Below, piece after piece: positions 22,009 to 30,336 of a stretch of DNA of 64,000 nucleotides. Source of the DNA: Vicinamibacterales bacterium (lineage in GTDB: Bacteria > Acidobacteriota > Vicinamibacteria > Vicinamibacterales > CAVVIG01). The stretch spans positions 5,622 to 69,621 of the forward strand of contig JBEBGG010000001.1 in NCBI GenBank assembly GCA_040081555.1, written 5' to 3'. Under the pieces are notes generated by a model, which worked only from the letters and a program-made list of their open reading frames with translations, searched no databases and was not told the origin of the DNA. The position numbers and the translations under genes are program-made. Numbering within the stretch: position 1 is the stretch's first letter; each line of letters starts with the position of its first letter.

Positions 22009-22614
22009 ATGTCGGCAGAATCTGCCATCATGAGCGGCGACATGCCGAGTCCGATTGGTCACGCGTTGGCTGGTGCCAGCCTGGCTTTCATCCTGGAACC
22101 GATGGCCGCCTCCCACACCGGCTCCGGGAGGCGCTGGCTTTGGCCCGGCCTCGGCGCCGCACTTGCGGCGCTGCCTGACGCTGACCTCCTGATTCCACAC
22201 TTCCATCGAGCCGGCACGCACAGTTTCGTCGCGACCGCCGCTGTTCTAATTGTCGCGATGGGTGTGACAAGGCAGGTCACAGGGAGAATCGACCTGCCGT
22301 TGTCGTGCATGCTCGCCGCGGCGCAGGCTTCGCACCTGCTGCTCGACTGGCTGGGCATCGACCACAATCCGCCTTCGGGCATCGAGGCATGGTGGCCATT
22401 CAGCCGTCAGTTCTATGTGTCGGGGCTTGATTGGTTTCCGCCCGTCGACCGCCGGTTTGCCAATCCAGACTTCTTGCGCGTCAACCTCCGCGCGCTGTTC
22501 ACCGAACTTGCCGCAGTGGGGCCGATCACCGTGATGTCGTGGTGGATTATGCGTAGACGTAGAAGCCGCGTCCCGACTTCCGTCCGAGGTACCCCGCCGC
22601 AACCATCCGCTTGA
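22009..22614 (+). CDS. Membrane-bound metal-dependent hydrolase, YdjM/DUF457-like
   Basis: PSPIGHALAG start motif, several TM segments, conserved His/Asp (HLLLDWLG). Start uncertain: ATG at 22009, 22030 or 22042. Confidence 0.65.
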   Translation: MSAESAIMSGDMPSPIGHALAGASLAFILEPMAASHTGSGRRWLWPGLGAALAALPDADLLIPHFHRAGTHSFVATAAVLIVAMGVTRQVTGRIDLPLSCMLAAAQASHLLLDWLGIDHNPPSGIEAWWPFSRQFYVSGLDWFPPVDRRFANPDFLRVNLRALFTELAAVGPITVMSWWIMRRRRSRVPTSVRGTPPQPSA

Positions 22615-23398
22615 GGAGTGGGCAGGGGCGGTACTTGGGGTCGCCCAGGCCGTCGTGGAGCACGTTGAGGATCGCCAGGCAGACGTCCAGCCCAATGAAG
22701 TCGGCGAGCGTGAGCGGGCCCATCGGGTGGTTCATGCCGCCCTTCATCACCGCGTCGATCGCATCCGGCGTGCCGACGCCTTCCATCAGCGCAAAGAACG
22801 CTTCGTTCAGCATCGGCATCAGAATGCGATTGGCAATGAATCCAGGGTAGTCGGCGGCCTCGACGCCGTTCTTCCCAAGTCTGGTGCACAGTGTGGTGGC
22901 CGCCTGCATCGTGGCATCCGACGTGGCCTGGCCGCGAATCAGTTCCACCAGGGACATCAACGGCACCGGATTCATGAAGTGCATGCCGAGGACTCTGTCT
23001 GGTCGGCGCGTGACGGCGGCGAGGGTGGTGATGGAGATGCTCGACGTGTTGGAGGCAAGCAGCGCGTCCGGCTTGGTGATGGTGTCGAGGCTGCGCAAGA
23101 GCGAGCACTTCATCTCGAGGTTCTCGACAATCGCCTCAACGACCAGACCGGCGTTGCTCAAGTCGTCCACCTTGGAGCTGAGCGCCAGGCGTGCCAGTGC
23201 GGTGTCGCGATCCGAGGCAGAGATCTTCTGTTTTTCGACGAACTTCGTGAGGCTCTTCTCAATCGCCGCTCGCGCGCGATCGAGCGCCGGCTTCGCGATG
23301 TCGACGAGTGTCACTTCGTAGCCGGCCTGCGCGAACACCTGCGCAATGCCGTTGCCCATGGTTCCCGCTCCGACGACCCCGATTGTCTGGATGTCCAT
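22547..23398 (-). CDS. hbd: 3-hydroxybutyryl-CoA dehydrogenase
   Basis: IGVVGAGTMGNGIAQ Rossmann motif and a 3HCDH C-terminal domain. ATG at 23398 with GAGGA upstream. Confidence 0.93.
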   Translation of the reverse strand: MDIQTIGVVGAGTMGNGIAQVFAQAGYEVTLVDIAKPALDRARAAIEKSLTKFVEKQKISASDRDTALARLALSSKVDDLSNAGLVVEAIVENLEMKCSLLRSLDTITKPDALLASNTSSISITTLAAVTRRPDRVLGMHFMNPVPLMSLVELIRGQATSDATMQAATTLCTRLGKNGVEAADYPGFIANRILMPMLNEAFFALMEGVGTPDAIDAVMKGGMNHPMGPLTLADFIGLDVCLAILNVLHDGLGDPKYRPCPLLKRMVAAGYLGRKSGRGFYVYA

Positions 23399-23469
23399 CG
23401 CCTGTCCTCGCGGCGGCATACTACCTCCTCACCAAGAGCCGCACGTCACCAAGCGCTGATCATGTCGGC

Positions 23470-24651
23470 TCATGCTCGCTCCACCGCCAACGCGAGTCCG
23501 TTACCGCCGCCCATGCAGAGTGTTGCGATGCCGCGTGTGACGTGGCGTCGCTTCATGGCGTAGAGCAGCGTCGTCAGGATGCGCGATCCTGAGGAGCCGA
23601 TCGCGTGACCGAGCGCGACCGCGCCACCGTGGACGTTGACCTTCGCCTCATCGAATCCGAGCTCCTGGAGCACTGCGACTGATTGAACGGCGAATGCCTC
23701 GTTCAGCTCCATGATGCCGACGTCGTGGCCCGACCAGCCGGCCTTGGCAAGGACGCGGGTCACGGCGTCCACCGGGGACATGAGCACCATCTTCGGGGCC
23801 AGCCCGCTGGTCGCGTGCGCAACGATGCGCGCCAGTGGTGTGACGTCGAGTGCCCGCGCGCGAGCGCCAGACATGAGCACAAGCGCAGAGGCGCCGTCGT
23901 TGACGGGCGGGGCATTGCCCGCCGTGACCGTACCGTCTTTGGTGAATGCCGGCCTCAACGCGCCGAGGGCATCGAGGCTGGTGTGCGCGCGCACGGATTC
24001 GTCGTGCGCGAAGATGAGCGAGTCGGATCCCTTCTGCGGAATCTCGATCGGCAGGATCTCGTCAGTGAACCATCCGCTGGCGGCGGCATGCGCCGCTTTG
24101 GCGTGGCTGCGGACAGCGTACGCGTCCTGTGTCTCACGGCTCACGTGGTAGCGCTCTGCGACGACCTCGCCGGCGTTGCCCATGTGATGGTCCTCGAATG
24201 GACACCAGAGGCCGTCGTTGAGCATCGAGTCCACAAGGGCACCGTCGCCCAGGCGCAGGCCCTCGCGCACGCGGGGGAGCAGATAGGGCGCATTGCTCAT
24301 GGACTCCATGCCACCCGCCACCGCAATCTCCATGTCGCCTGTGGCGATGCCTTGCGCCGCGAGCATGACCGCCTTCAGACCCGAGCCGCAGACCATATTG
24401 ACCGTGACGGCGCTGACCCGCTCCGGGAGTCCCGCGCCCAGGGCGGCCTGCCGAGCTGGATTCTGGCCGAGTCCTGCGCTGATGACGTTGCCGAGGACAC
24501 AATCATCCACCACCGCGGGTTCAATGCCGGCGCGGCGCACGGCTTCCGCCACGACCAGCGCGCCCAGTCGGGTGGCGCGGAGGCCTTTCAACGTGCCGAG
24601 GAATCTGCCGGTCGGCGTCCGCACCGCTGAGACAATCATCACCTCATGCAC
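23470..24651 (-). CDS. Acetyl-CoA acetyltransferase (thiolase II)
   Basis: IVSAVRTP, the VNMVCGSGLKAV active-site Cys region, and C-terminal NVHGGAVALGHAIGSSG...LCMGGG. Start is GTG at 24651 or ATG at 24639. Confidence 0.95.
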   Translation of the reverse strand: MHEVMIVSAVRTPTGRFLGTLKGLRATRLGALVVAEAVRRAGIEPAVVDDCVLGNVISAGLGQNPARQAALGAGLPERVSAVTVNMVCGSGLKAVMLAAQGIATGDMEIAVAGGMESMSNAPYLLPRVREGLRLGDGALVDSMLNDGLWCPFEDHHMGNAGEVVAERYHVSRETQDAYAVRSHAKAAHAAASGWFTDEILPIEIPQKGSDSLIFAHDESVRAHTSLDALGALRPAFTKDGTVTAGNAPPVNDGASALVLMSGARARALDVTPLARIVAHATSGLAPKMVLMSPVDAVTRVLAKAGWSGHDVGIMELNEAFAVQSVAVLQELGFDEAKVNVHGGAVALGHAIGSSGSRILTTLLYAMKRRHVTRGIATLCMGGGNGLALAVERA

Positions 24652-24919
24652 GAATCGAGATCTCTTGAACGGTGTCCGCGCCGAGCATGGCGTTCAAACG
24701 ACGAATGATGAGTCCAGACGATCGGCGGACTTCCTGCGTCCAACTGGGGGTGTCGCCCTCGATGAGGAGGAGGTGCCCTTCGAGGCGCACGCGTGTCATT
24801 CGCCCCATCGCCGGGCCGACGACCGCCTTCCAGGCAAATTCCACCTTGCCAGGAGAATGCGGCGTGCTGCGCAACAGTTCCGTGAGGACTTTTGGAATCG
24901 CCTGCGAGAGCGGCTGCAT
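24644..24919 (-). CDS. DUF721 (DciA-like) small protein
   Basis: 91 aa with the pattern W..vvG......t....l..g.L.i.....sW..el, typical of DUF721 as I recall it. ATG at 24919. Confidence 0.65.
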   Translation of the reverse strand: MQPLSQAIPKVLTELLRSTPHSPGKVEFAWKAVVGPAMGRMTRVRLEGHLLLIEGDTPSWTQEVRRSSGLIIRRLNAMLGADTVQEISIRA

Positions 24920-24943
24920 GTTTGTGCGATCCTATCATTCGAG

Positions 24944-25537
24944 ATGCGCATGATTCTGGCGTCAGCGTCGCCCCGCCGAGCGGAACTTCTCACAGCCGCC
25001 GGCTATGCCTTTGAGGTCCTCGCCGTGGACGTCGATGAGCGCCTGCGGCCCGGGGAAGCGCCGCTCGCTTACGTGCAGCGACTCGCCGAGGGAAAGTCTG
25101 CGCGGGCCCTCGAACTGCTGACCGCCGGCGACGGCTACATTGTGCTCGCGGCCGACACGGCGGTCGTGGTCGGCGAACAGATCCTCGGCAAACCGCGCGA
25201 TGCGGAAGACGCCGCGCGCATGCTGCGGCTTCTGGCTGGCCGCGTGCACGTGGTGCTCACAGGCGTCAGCGCACGTTCTGCGGCGCAGGAACTGGTCATC
25301 GTCGAACGCACGGTGGTCGAGTTTGCTCAATTGACCGAGGATCAAATCGCCTGGTACGTGTCGAGCGGAGAAGGCAGCGACAAGGCCGGAGCGTATGGCA
25401 TCCAGGGACTGGCGTCCAGGTTCATTCCCCGAATTGAAGGGTCCTATTCCAATGTGGTGGGCTTGCCGATTGCCGCGGTCGACCACCTGATTCAGCGCCT
25501 CACCCGCCCCCCGCGCGCGCTTGCATCGCCAGGGTAA
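24944..25537 (+). CDS. maf: Maf-family nucleoside triphosphate pyrophosphatase
   Basis: MILASASPRRAELL..., KAGAYGIQG. ATG at 24944. ORF 24293..25537 upstream of this point is antisense to the thiolase gene. Confidence 0.92.
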   Translation: MRMILASASPRRAELLTAAGYAFEVLAVDVDERLRPGEAPLAYVQRLAEGKSARALELLTAGDGYIVLAADTAVVVGEQILGKPRDAEDAARMLRLLAGRVHVVLTGVSARSAAQELVIVERTVVEFAQLTEDQIAWYVSSGEGSDKAGAYGIQGLASRFIPRIEGSYSNVVGLPIAAVDHLIQRLTRPPRALASPG

Positions 25538-25577
25538 GCAGGCTATTCTCACGAGTAGAAAACACCCGGAAGTCCTT

Positions 25578-25994
25578 ATGACACATCGATATATAAAAGT
25601 AGGTATCACCGCGTTGGTCCTCGCTGCCGCGTTTTCCGGCCTGCTCTGGAAGTCGCTCGCCGAGGGTACCGAGTTCTATAAGCACGTCGATGAAGTGATG
25701 GCGACTCCCGAGCAGTGGGAAGGCAAGAAGCTGCAAATGCACGGCTTCGTCGTGGCCAACTCCATTCTCGTGAGGCCCGACACGCTTGAATACAAGTTCA
25801 AGGTGCAGAGCAACGGCAAGGTGATGGACGCCACCTACAAAGGCATCGTGCCCGACACGTTCAAGGATCGTCCGGGCGAAGAGGCGGAGGTCGTGCTGCG
25901 GGGTGAACTCACGCCGGCAGGTTTTCACGTCGCGCCCAACGGCGTGACGGCGAAGTGCCCGTCGAAGTACGAGGCCGCGAAGAAGGTCGGCTAG
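25578..25994 (+). CDS. ccmE: Cytochrome c maturation heme chaperone CcmE, CxxxY variant
   Basis: N-terminal TM anchor and an OB-fold region (KLQMHGFVV...). The C-terminal motif AKCPSKYEA sits where canonical CcmE has HDExY. Confidence 0.88.
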   Translation: MTHRYIKVGITALVLAAAFSGLLWKSLAEGTEFYKHVDEVMATPEQWEGKKLQMHGFVVANSILVRPDTLEYKFKVQSNGKVMDATYKGIVPDTFKDRPGEEAEVVLRGELTPAGFHVAPNGVTAKCPSKYEAAKKVG

Positions 25995-25996
25995 CG

Positions 25997-28498
25997 ATGG
26001 CCTCCCTGGGGTCGTTTCTTCTTCTCTCGGCGTTTGTCATCTGCTCGTACGCCGCGGTGGCGTCGTTGGTTGGCGCGCGCCGCCGCTCCCAGGGGCTGAT
26101 CGAGAGTGGCACCGGGGCCTTCTATCTCGTGTGTGCGCTGATGGTCTGTGCGTCGGCCGTGATGGTCAACGCGTTTCTCACCGACGACTTCTCGATCAAG
26201 TACGTCGCGCACTACTCGGACTCGATGCAGCCGTTGTTCTACAAGATCACCGCCTACTGGGGCGGGCTCGACGGCTCGATCATGTTCTGGGTGCTGCTGC
26301 TGTCGATCTTCGGGTCTTCGGCGGTCTATCTGAACCGCGAACGCTACCGCGAACTGATTCCGTATGTGGTGTCGACGATCGCGACGGTGCAGATGTTCTT
26401 CCTGTACCTGATGGTCGCGCACAAGAATCCGTTCGGCACCTTTCTCGCGAACATTCCGCCGGACGGGGAGGGGCTCAATCCGCTCCTTCAGAACTACTGG
26501 ATGGTGATCCATCCGCCCTCGCTCTACACCGGCTTTGTGGGCATGACGATCCCGTTCGCTTTCGGCATTGCCGCGCTGGCCACCGGGCATCTCGACGACT
26601 CGTGGCTGCGTGGCGTGCGCCGCTGGACGATGGTGAGCTGGTTGTTCCTCACGTTCGGTTTGACGCTCGGCATGATTTGGGCCTACGAGGAGCTCGGATG
26701 GGGCGGCTACTGGGCGTGGGATCCGGTTGAGAACGCGGCGTTGCTTCCCTGGTTTACCGCCACGGCATTTCTGCACTCGGTGATGGTGCAGGAGCGGCGC
26801 AACATGCTCCGGATCTGGAACGTCACGCTCGTCATCGTCACGTTCTTCCTGACGATCTTCGGGACGTTCATGACGCGCTCTGGTGTCGTGCAGTCGGTGC
26901 ACGCCTTTGGTGACGACCCGGTGCTTGCCAAGCTGTTCACCGCGTTCATGGTCTTCATTCTCGTCGTGAGCTTCGGCTTGGTGATCTGGCGCCTGCCGCT
27001 GCTTCGCTCGCGTAACGAACTCGACTCGTGGGCTTCGCGCGAGGCGGCGTTCCTCGTCAATAACTGGATCTTGCTGTTCTCGGCGTTCTTCGTCCTGTTT
27101 GCCACGATGTTCCCCACGCTCAGTGAGGCGGTCACGGGAAACCGCATCACGGTGGCGCAGCCGTTCTTTGAGAAGTGGATGGTGCCCGTTGGGCTCATCC
27201 TGCTGTTCCTTACTGGCTCCGGACCGCTGCTGGCGTGGCGGAAGTCGACGCTCACCAACCTGCGCGACTCGTTCGTCGTGCCGGTCACGTGCGGTGTTCT
27301 GACCGCGGTCACGCTGAAGGCATTCGGGCTCAATCTCTGGGCCTCAGGCCTCTGCTTCTCCCTGTGTGCGTTTGTCGCCGGGACAATCGGCCAGGAGTTC
27401 TGGCGCGGCGTACGGATCCGGAAGAAGAATTCCGGCACAGATGTCTTTACCGCCATGGTCGGCTTGGTCGGGCGCAACAAGCGGCGCTATGGTGGGTACA
27501 CGGTCCATCTCGGCATCGTCCTGATGTGTCTGGGCTTTGCCGGCAACGCCTACAAGATCGACCAGCAGGTGGCCCTCAAGCAGGGGGAGTCCGTCACCGT
27601 CGGTCGTTATACGCTGCGCAACGATGGGATCAAGCTGCATGACGATGGTCAGAAACAGATGACCACGGCCTACATCGCAGTGTTCGAGGGCGGTGTGCAG
27701 ATCGACACGCTCTATCCCGCGAAGTGGGCGTTTCACAATCACGACGACTCGCCGACCACTGAGGTCGGGATCCGCCGACGCTTCAACGAAGACCTCTACA
27801 TCGTGATGCCGTCAAACGATCCGCGCACCGTCGCCTCGCAGACAGCGCCGCTACAGATCGTGATCAATCCGCTCGTGAACTGGATCTGGTTCGGCTTCGG
27901 CATCATTGCCTTCGGCACTGGCATTGCGTTGTTGCCAGAACGGACGTTCTCGTTTGCGTTGGCGAAGATGCCGGCCGAGGCCGTGACAACACTGGTCGTG
28001 TTGCTGGCGGTGGTGTTTGGCTCGGGCGTGCGTCTCCACGCACAGAAGGGCATGCCGACGCTCGAAGGTGTTGACACCCAGACCTCGTACTACGCACGCA
28101 ACGCCTTCGAGAAGGAGATGCAACACCAGATTGTGTGCACGTGCGGTTGCGGGTTTATCAGCATCGCCGAGTGCCGCAAGGATCCGTGCCTACTCTCGCA
28201 CCAGATGCGTGGCGAGTTGGCTGTTCTGGTGGATGAGGGCAAGACTCGTGAGCAGATCATTGCCTCCTTTGTCGAGCGCTACGGCAACGAGCAGATGATT
28301 GGCGCGCCGCTCGACAAGGGCTTTAGCCGCCTGGCGTGGCTTCTGCCGCTCACCGTGGGTGGTGCGGCCGCGGCAGTGGTAGGGCTCGTGGCCGTGCGCT
28401 GGTCGCGGCAGAATGCGCTGGCCGAGCCCGAACGAGCGACGGCGGGCGATGCCGCGCTCGACCAACGTCTGGACGATGAACTGCGCGATCTGGATTAG
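25997..28498 (+). CDS. ccmF: Cytochrome c heme lyase CcmF fused to a C-terminal CcmH-like domain
   Basis: WGGYWAWDPVEN WWD motif and a polytopic CcmF body. The C-terminal ~130 aa, VCTCGCGFISIAEC...REQIIASFVERYGNEQM...WLLP, resemble CcmH and are followed by a TM helix. Confidence 0.9.
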   Translation: MASLGSFLLLSAFVICSYAAVASLVGARRRSQGLIESGTGAFYLVCALMVCASAVMVNAFLTDDFSIKYVAHYSDSMQPLFYKITAYWGGLDGSIMFWVLLLSIFGSSAVYLNRERYRELIPYVVSTIATVQMFFLYLMVAHKNPFGTFLANIPPDGEGLNPLLQNYWMVIHPPSLYTGFVGMTIPFAFGIAALATGHLDDSWLRGVRRWTMVSWLFLTFGLTLGMIWAYEELGWGGYWAWDPVENAALLPWFTATAFLHSVMVQERRNMLRIWNVTLVIVTFFLTIFGTFMTRSGVVQSVHAFGDDPVLAKLFTAFMVFILVVSFGLVIWRLPLLRSRNELDSWASREAAFLVNNWILLFSAFFVLFATMFPTLSEAVTGNRITVAQPFFEKWMVPVGLILLFLTGSGPLLAWRKSTLTNLRDSFVVPVTCGVLTAVTLKAFGLNLWASGLCFSLCAFVAGTIGQEFWRGVRIRKKNSGTDVFTAMVGLVGRNKRRYGGYTVHLGIVLMCLGFAGNAYKIDQQVALKQGESVTVGRYTLRNDGIKLHDDGQKQMTTAYIAVFEGGVQIDTLYPAKWAFHNHDDSPTTEVGIRRRFNEDLYIVMPSNDPRTVASQTAPLQIVINPLVNWIWFGFGIIAFGTGIALLPERTFSFALAKMPAEAVTTLVVLLAVVFGSGVRLHAQKGMPTLEGVDTQTSYYARNAFEKEMQHQIVCTCGCGFISIAECRKDPCLLSHQMRGELAVLVDEGKTREQIIASFVERYGNEQMIGAPLDKGFSRLAWLLPLTVGGAAAAVVGLVAVRWSRQNALAEPERATAGDAALDQRLDDELRDLD

Positions 28499-28511
28499 CC
28501 TTACCCATATT

Positions 28512-28531
28512 GGTCGGGCCCAAGCCCGACC
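28512..28531 (+). other. GC-rich hairpin (GGTCGGGC-ccaa-GCCCGACC) between ccmF::H and the next gene
   Basis: Perfect 8-bp stem with a 4-nt loop, 14 nt after the ccmF stop. No U-tract, so its role (attenuator, processing or stability element) is open. Confidence 0.35.
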
Positions 28532-28543
28532 GCCACTTCTGCT

Positions 28544-29092
28544 GTGAAATCAGACACTACACTCGACACGATCAGGCCATGGCAGTTCTTTCTATTGGCG
28601 GCCCTCGGCTGTGCCACGGCAATCACCTTTGTTGTTCGTGCGCAGGGCGTCACCGCGGTGATCCTCGTGTCGCTCATCATCGCGGCAGCCGGGGTTGTCG
28701 GCCTTGGCGTTCTCCGCATGGTCAGGCCGCTGCTGTCGCCGCATGATGAACGGATGGTGGTGATCGGGCAACGGACGCGGGCAGGTCTCGAGCAGGAGAA
28801 GGCGCTGGCGCTTCGGACCATCAAGGAGCTGGAGTTCGACCGCGCAATGGGGAAGCTGTCTGACGCGGATTTCAACGAGATGTCGGTGCGTCTGCGGGCG
28901 CGCGCTTCACGACTCATCAAACAGCTCGATGCCGCTGAAGGGTTCCGGCCGCAGATCGAGCGCGACCTGGCGCGGCGGCTGGGTGACCTGACGGAGACGA
29001 TGCCGGCCACAACGGAGTGCCTATCCTGTCACGCGGCCAACGACCGCGAAGCGAAGTTCTGTAAGCACTGCGGCGCCCGGGTCGAGTCTTGA
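28544..29092 (+). CDS. Two-TM membrane protein with a cytoplasmic coiled-coil and a C-terminal zinc ribbon. Possible CcmI-like accessory factor.
   Basis: GTG start. Two TM helices, then LEFDRAMGKLSDADFNEMSVRLRARA, then CLSC...CKHC at the C terminus. Confidence 0.65.
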   Translation: MKSDTTLDTIRPWQFFLLAALGCATAITFVVRAQGVTAVILVSLIIAAAGVVGLGVLRMVRPLLSPHDERMVVIGQRTRAGLEQEKALALRTIKELEFDRAMGKLSDADFNEMSVRLRARASRLIKQLDAAEGFRPQIERDLARRLGDLTETMPATTECLSCHAANDREAKFCKHCGARVES

Positions 29093-30336
29093 TGACGGTC
29101 CTGCCGCGCCACGACCCGCGCCACCACACCACGGGCGCCCGACGGCTGAATCGCCGCCGCCGACTCCTGTTTGCGTGCCTCTGCATCACCCTGAGCCTGC
29201 CCTTGGTCGGCGTGGCGCAGATGCCGGATCCAAAACAGATGTCAGGCATTCCGCGCCCGGTGACCGACCTGCCAAACGGGAGCGTGTCGGTGCGCCTCAT
29301 CAGAGGTGCCCTCACCAATAACATTGCGGATCACCAGGTCGAGCTCCACGTCGACGGCAAGGTGCAGACCGTCAAGACAGATGCCAACGGTCGAGCGCAG
29401 TTCGACGGGCTGCCTGCCGGGGCGTCGCTGAAGGCGGTGGCGGTCGTCGATGGCGAGCGACTCGAGTCGGAGGAGTTTCCGGCGCCAGGGCAAGGTGCGA
29501 TTCGCCTGATGCTGGTGGCCACCGACACGACGACGGCCGGGCGGGCCGCAGCTGCTGCGGCCGCTGAGCCGGCGGTGCCAGGCGCGGTGGTCTTGGCCGG
29601 CAGCTCGCGCATCGTGATCGAGCCTGGGGAGGAGACGCTTTCGGTCTTCTACATCCTCGACATCGTCAACAACGCGTCAGGGCCAGTGATGCCGCCGGTA
29701 CCGTTCCAGTTCGACATGCCAGCGGCCATGCTTAACGTCGGCGTATTGCCGGGGTCGTCGCCGCTGGCTTCGAACAAGGGCCACCATGTCACGGTCAGCG
29801 GACCATTTCCTCCAGGTAGGACGTCGGTCGAGGTGGGCGGCTCGTTGCCGGTGACCAGTGGATCCCTTTCGTTGACTCAGTCGTTTCCAGCGGACTTTGA
29901 ACAGCCGGTGTTTATTGCGAAGAAGGAGCGAGCGCTGGCGGTGTCGTCGCCACAGTTCGTCCGACAGCAGGAGACAGACGTCCAGGGCACACCGGTCATC
30001 ATTGGTGCGGCGAACCCGATTGCTGCAGGAACGCCGATCACGTTGAATATCTCTGGCTTGCTCTACCAGAGCAGTACGCCGCGATTCGTGGCGCTTGGTT
30101 TGGCGCTGGCGATTGCGGTGGCCGGGATGCTCGCCTCCCTGAGGCGTGTGGACGTGTCGGCGCAGTCGGCCGCAGCGCAGAAGCTGGCCGGGCGTCGAGA
30201 GAAACTGATGCAGGAGCTGACGCGCCTTGAGCAGGACCATCGTCGTGGCACTGTGGAAGAGTCACGTTTCGCGGCCCGCCGTGAGGAGCTCATGAGTGCT
30301 CTTGAACGTGTCTACGCCGCGCTCACTGCCTCATGA
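29092..30336 (+). CDS. Exported protein with a carboxypeptidase-regulatory-like domain, a C-terminal TM anchor and a cytoplasmic coiled-coil tail
   Basis: The ATG overlaps the preceding stop (TGATG). Signal-like N terminus, VELHVDGKVQTVKTDANGRAQFDGLPAG, a late TM helix, and the tail LEQDHRRGTVEESRFAARREELM. Confidence 0.65.
   Translation: MTVLPRHDPRHHTTGARRLNRRRRLLFACLCITLSLPLVGVAQMPDPKQMSGIPRPVTDLPNGSVSVRLIRGALTNNIADHQVELHVDGKVQTVKTDANGRAQFDGLPAGASLKAVAVVDGERLESEEFPAPGQGAIRLMLVATDTTTAGRAAAAAAAEPAVPGAVVLAGSSRIVIEPGEETLSVFYILDIVNNASGPVMPPVPFQFDMPAAMLNVGVLPGSSPLASNKGHHVTVSGPFPPGRTSVEVGGSLPVTSGSLSLTQSFPADFEQPVFIAKKERALAVSSPQFVRQQETDVQGTPVIIGAANPIAAGTPITLNISGLLYQSSTPRFVALGLALAIAVAGMLASLRRVDVSAQSAAAQKLAGRREKLMQELTRLEQDHRRGTVEESRFAARREELMSALERVYAALTAS

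Noticed and set aside
21809-22041. Canonical LexA/SOS box upstream of recA: CTGT-N8-ACAG, GAAC-N4-GTTC or GTTC-N7-GTTC.
   Set aside because: The best candidates (GTTC-N8-GTCC and small palindromes) have mismatches or wrong spacing, so I cannot claim an SOS box.
24293-24943. N-terminal extensions of several ORFs: 24293..24943 before maf, 45841..46380 before the UPF0104 fusion, 47865..48062 before the GT-C gene, 16882..17175 before the Rieske gene, 13311..13499 before the Hsp15-like gene, and 34928..35881 beyond 35671.
   Set aside because: The extensions overlap neighbouring genes, are not protein-like, and internal starts reproduce canonical family N termini, often with stop/start coupling such as ATGA or GTGA.
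29092-29220. Twin-arginine (Tat) signal in the protein at 29092 (RRLNRRRRLLFACL).
   Set aside because: The Arg run does not fit the S/T-R-R-x-F-L-K pattern. It looks like a generic positively charged n-region of a Sec signal or anchor.
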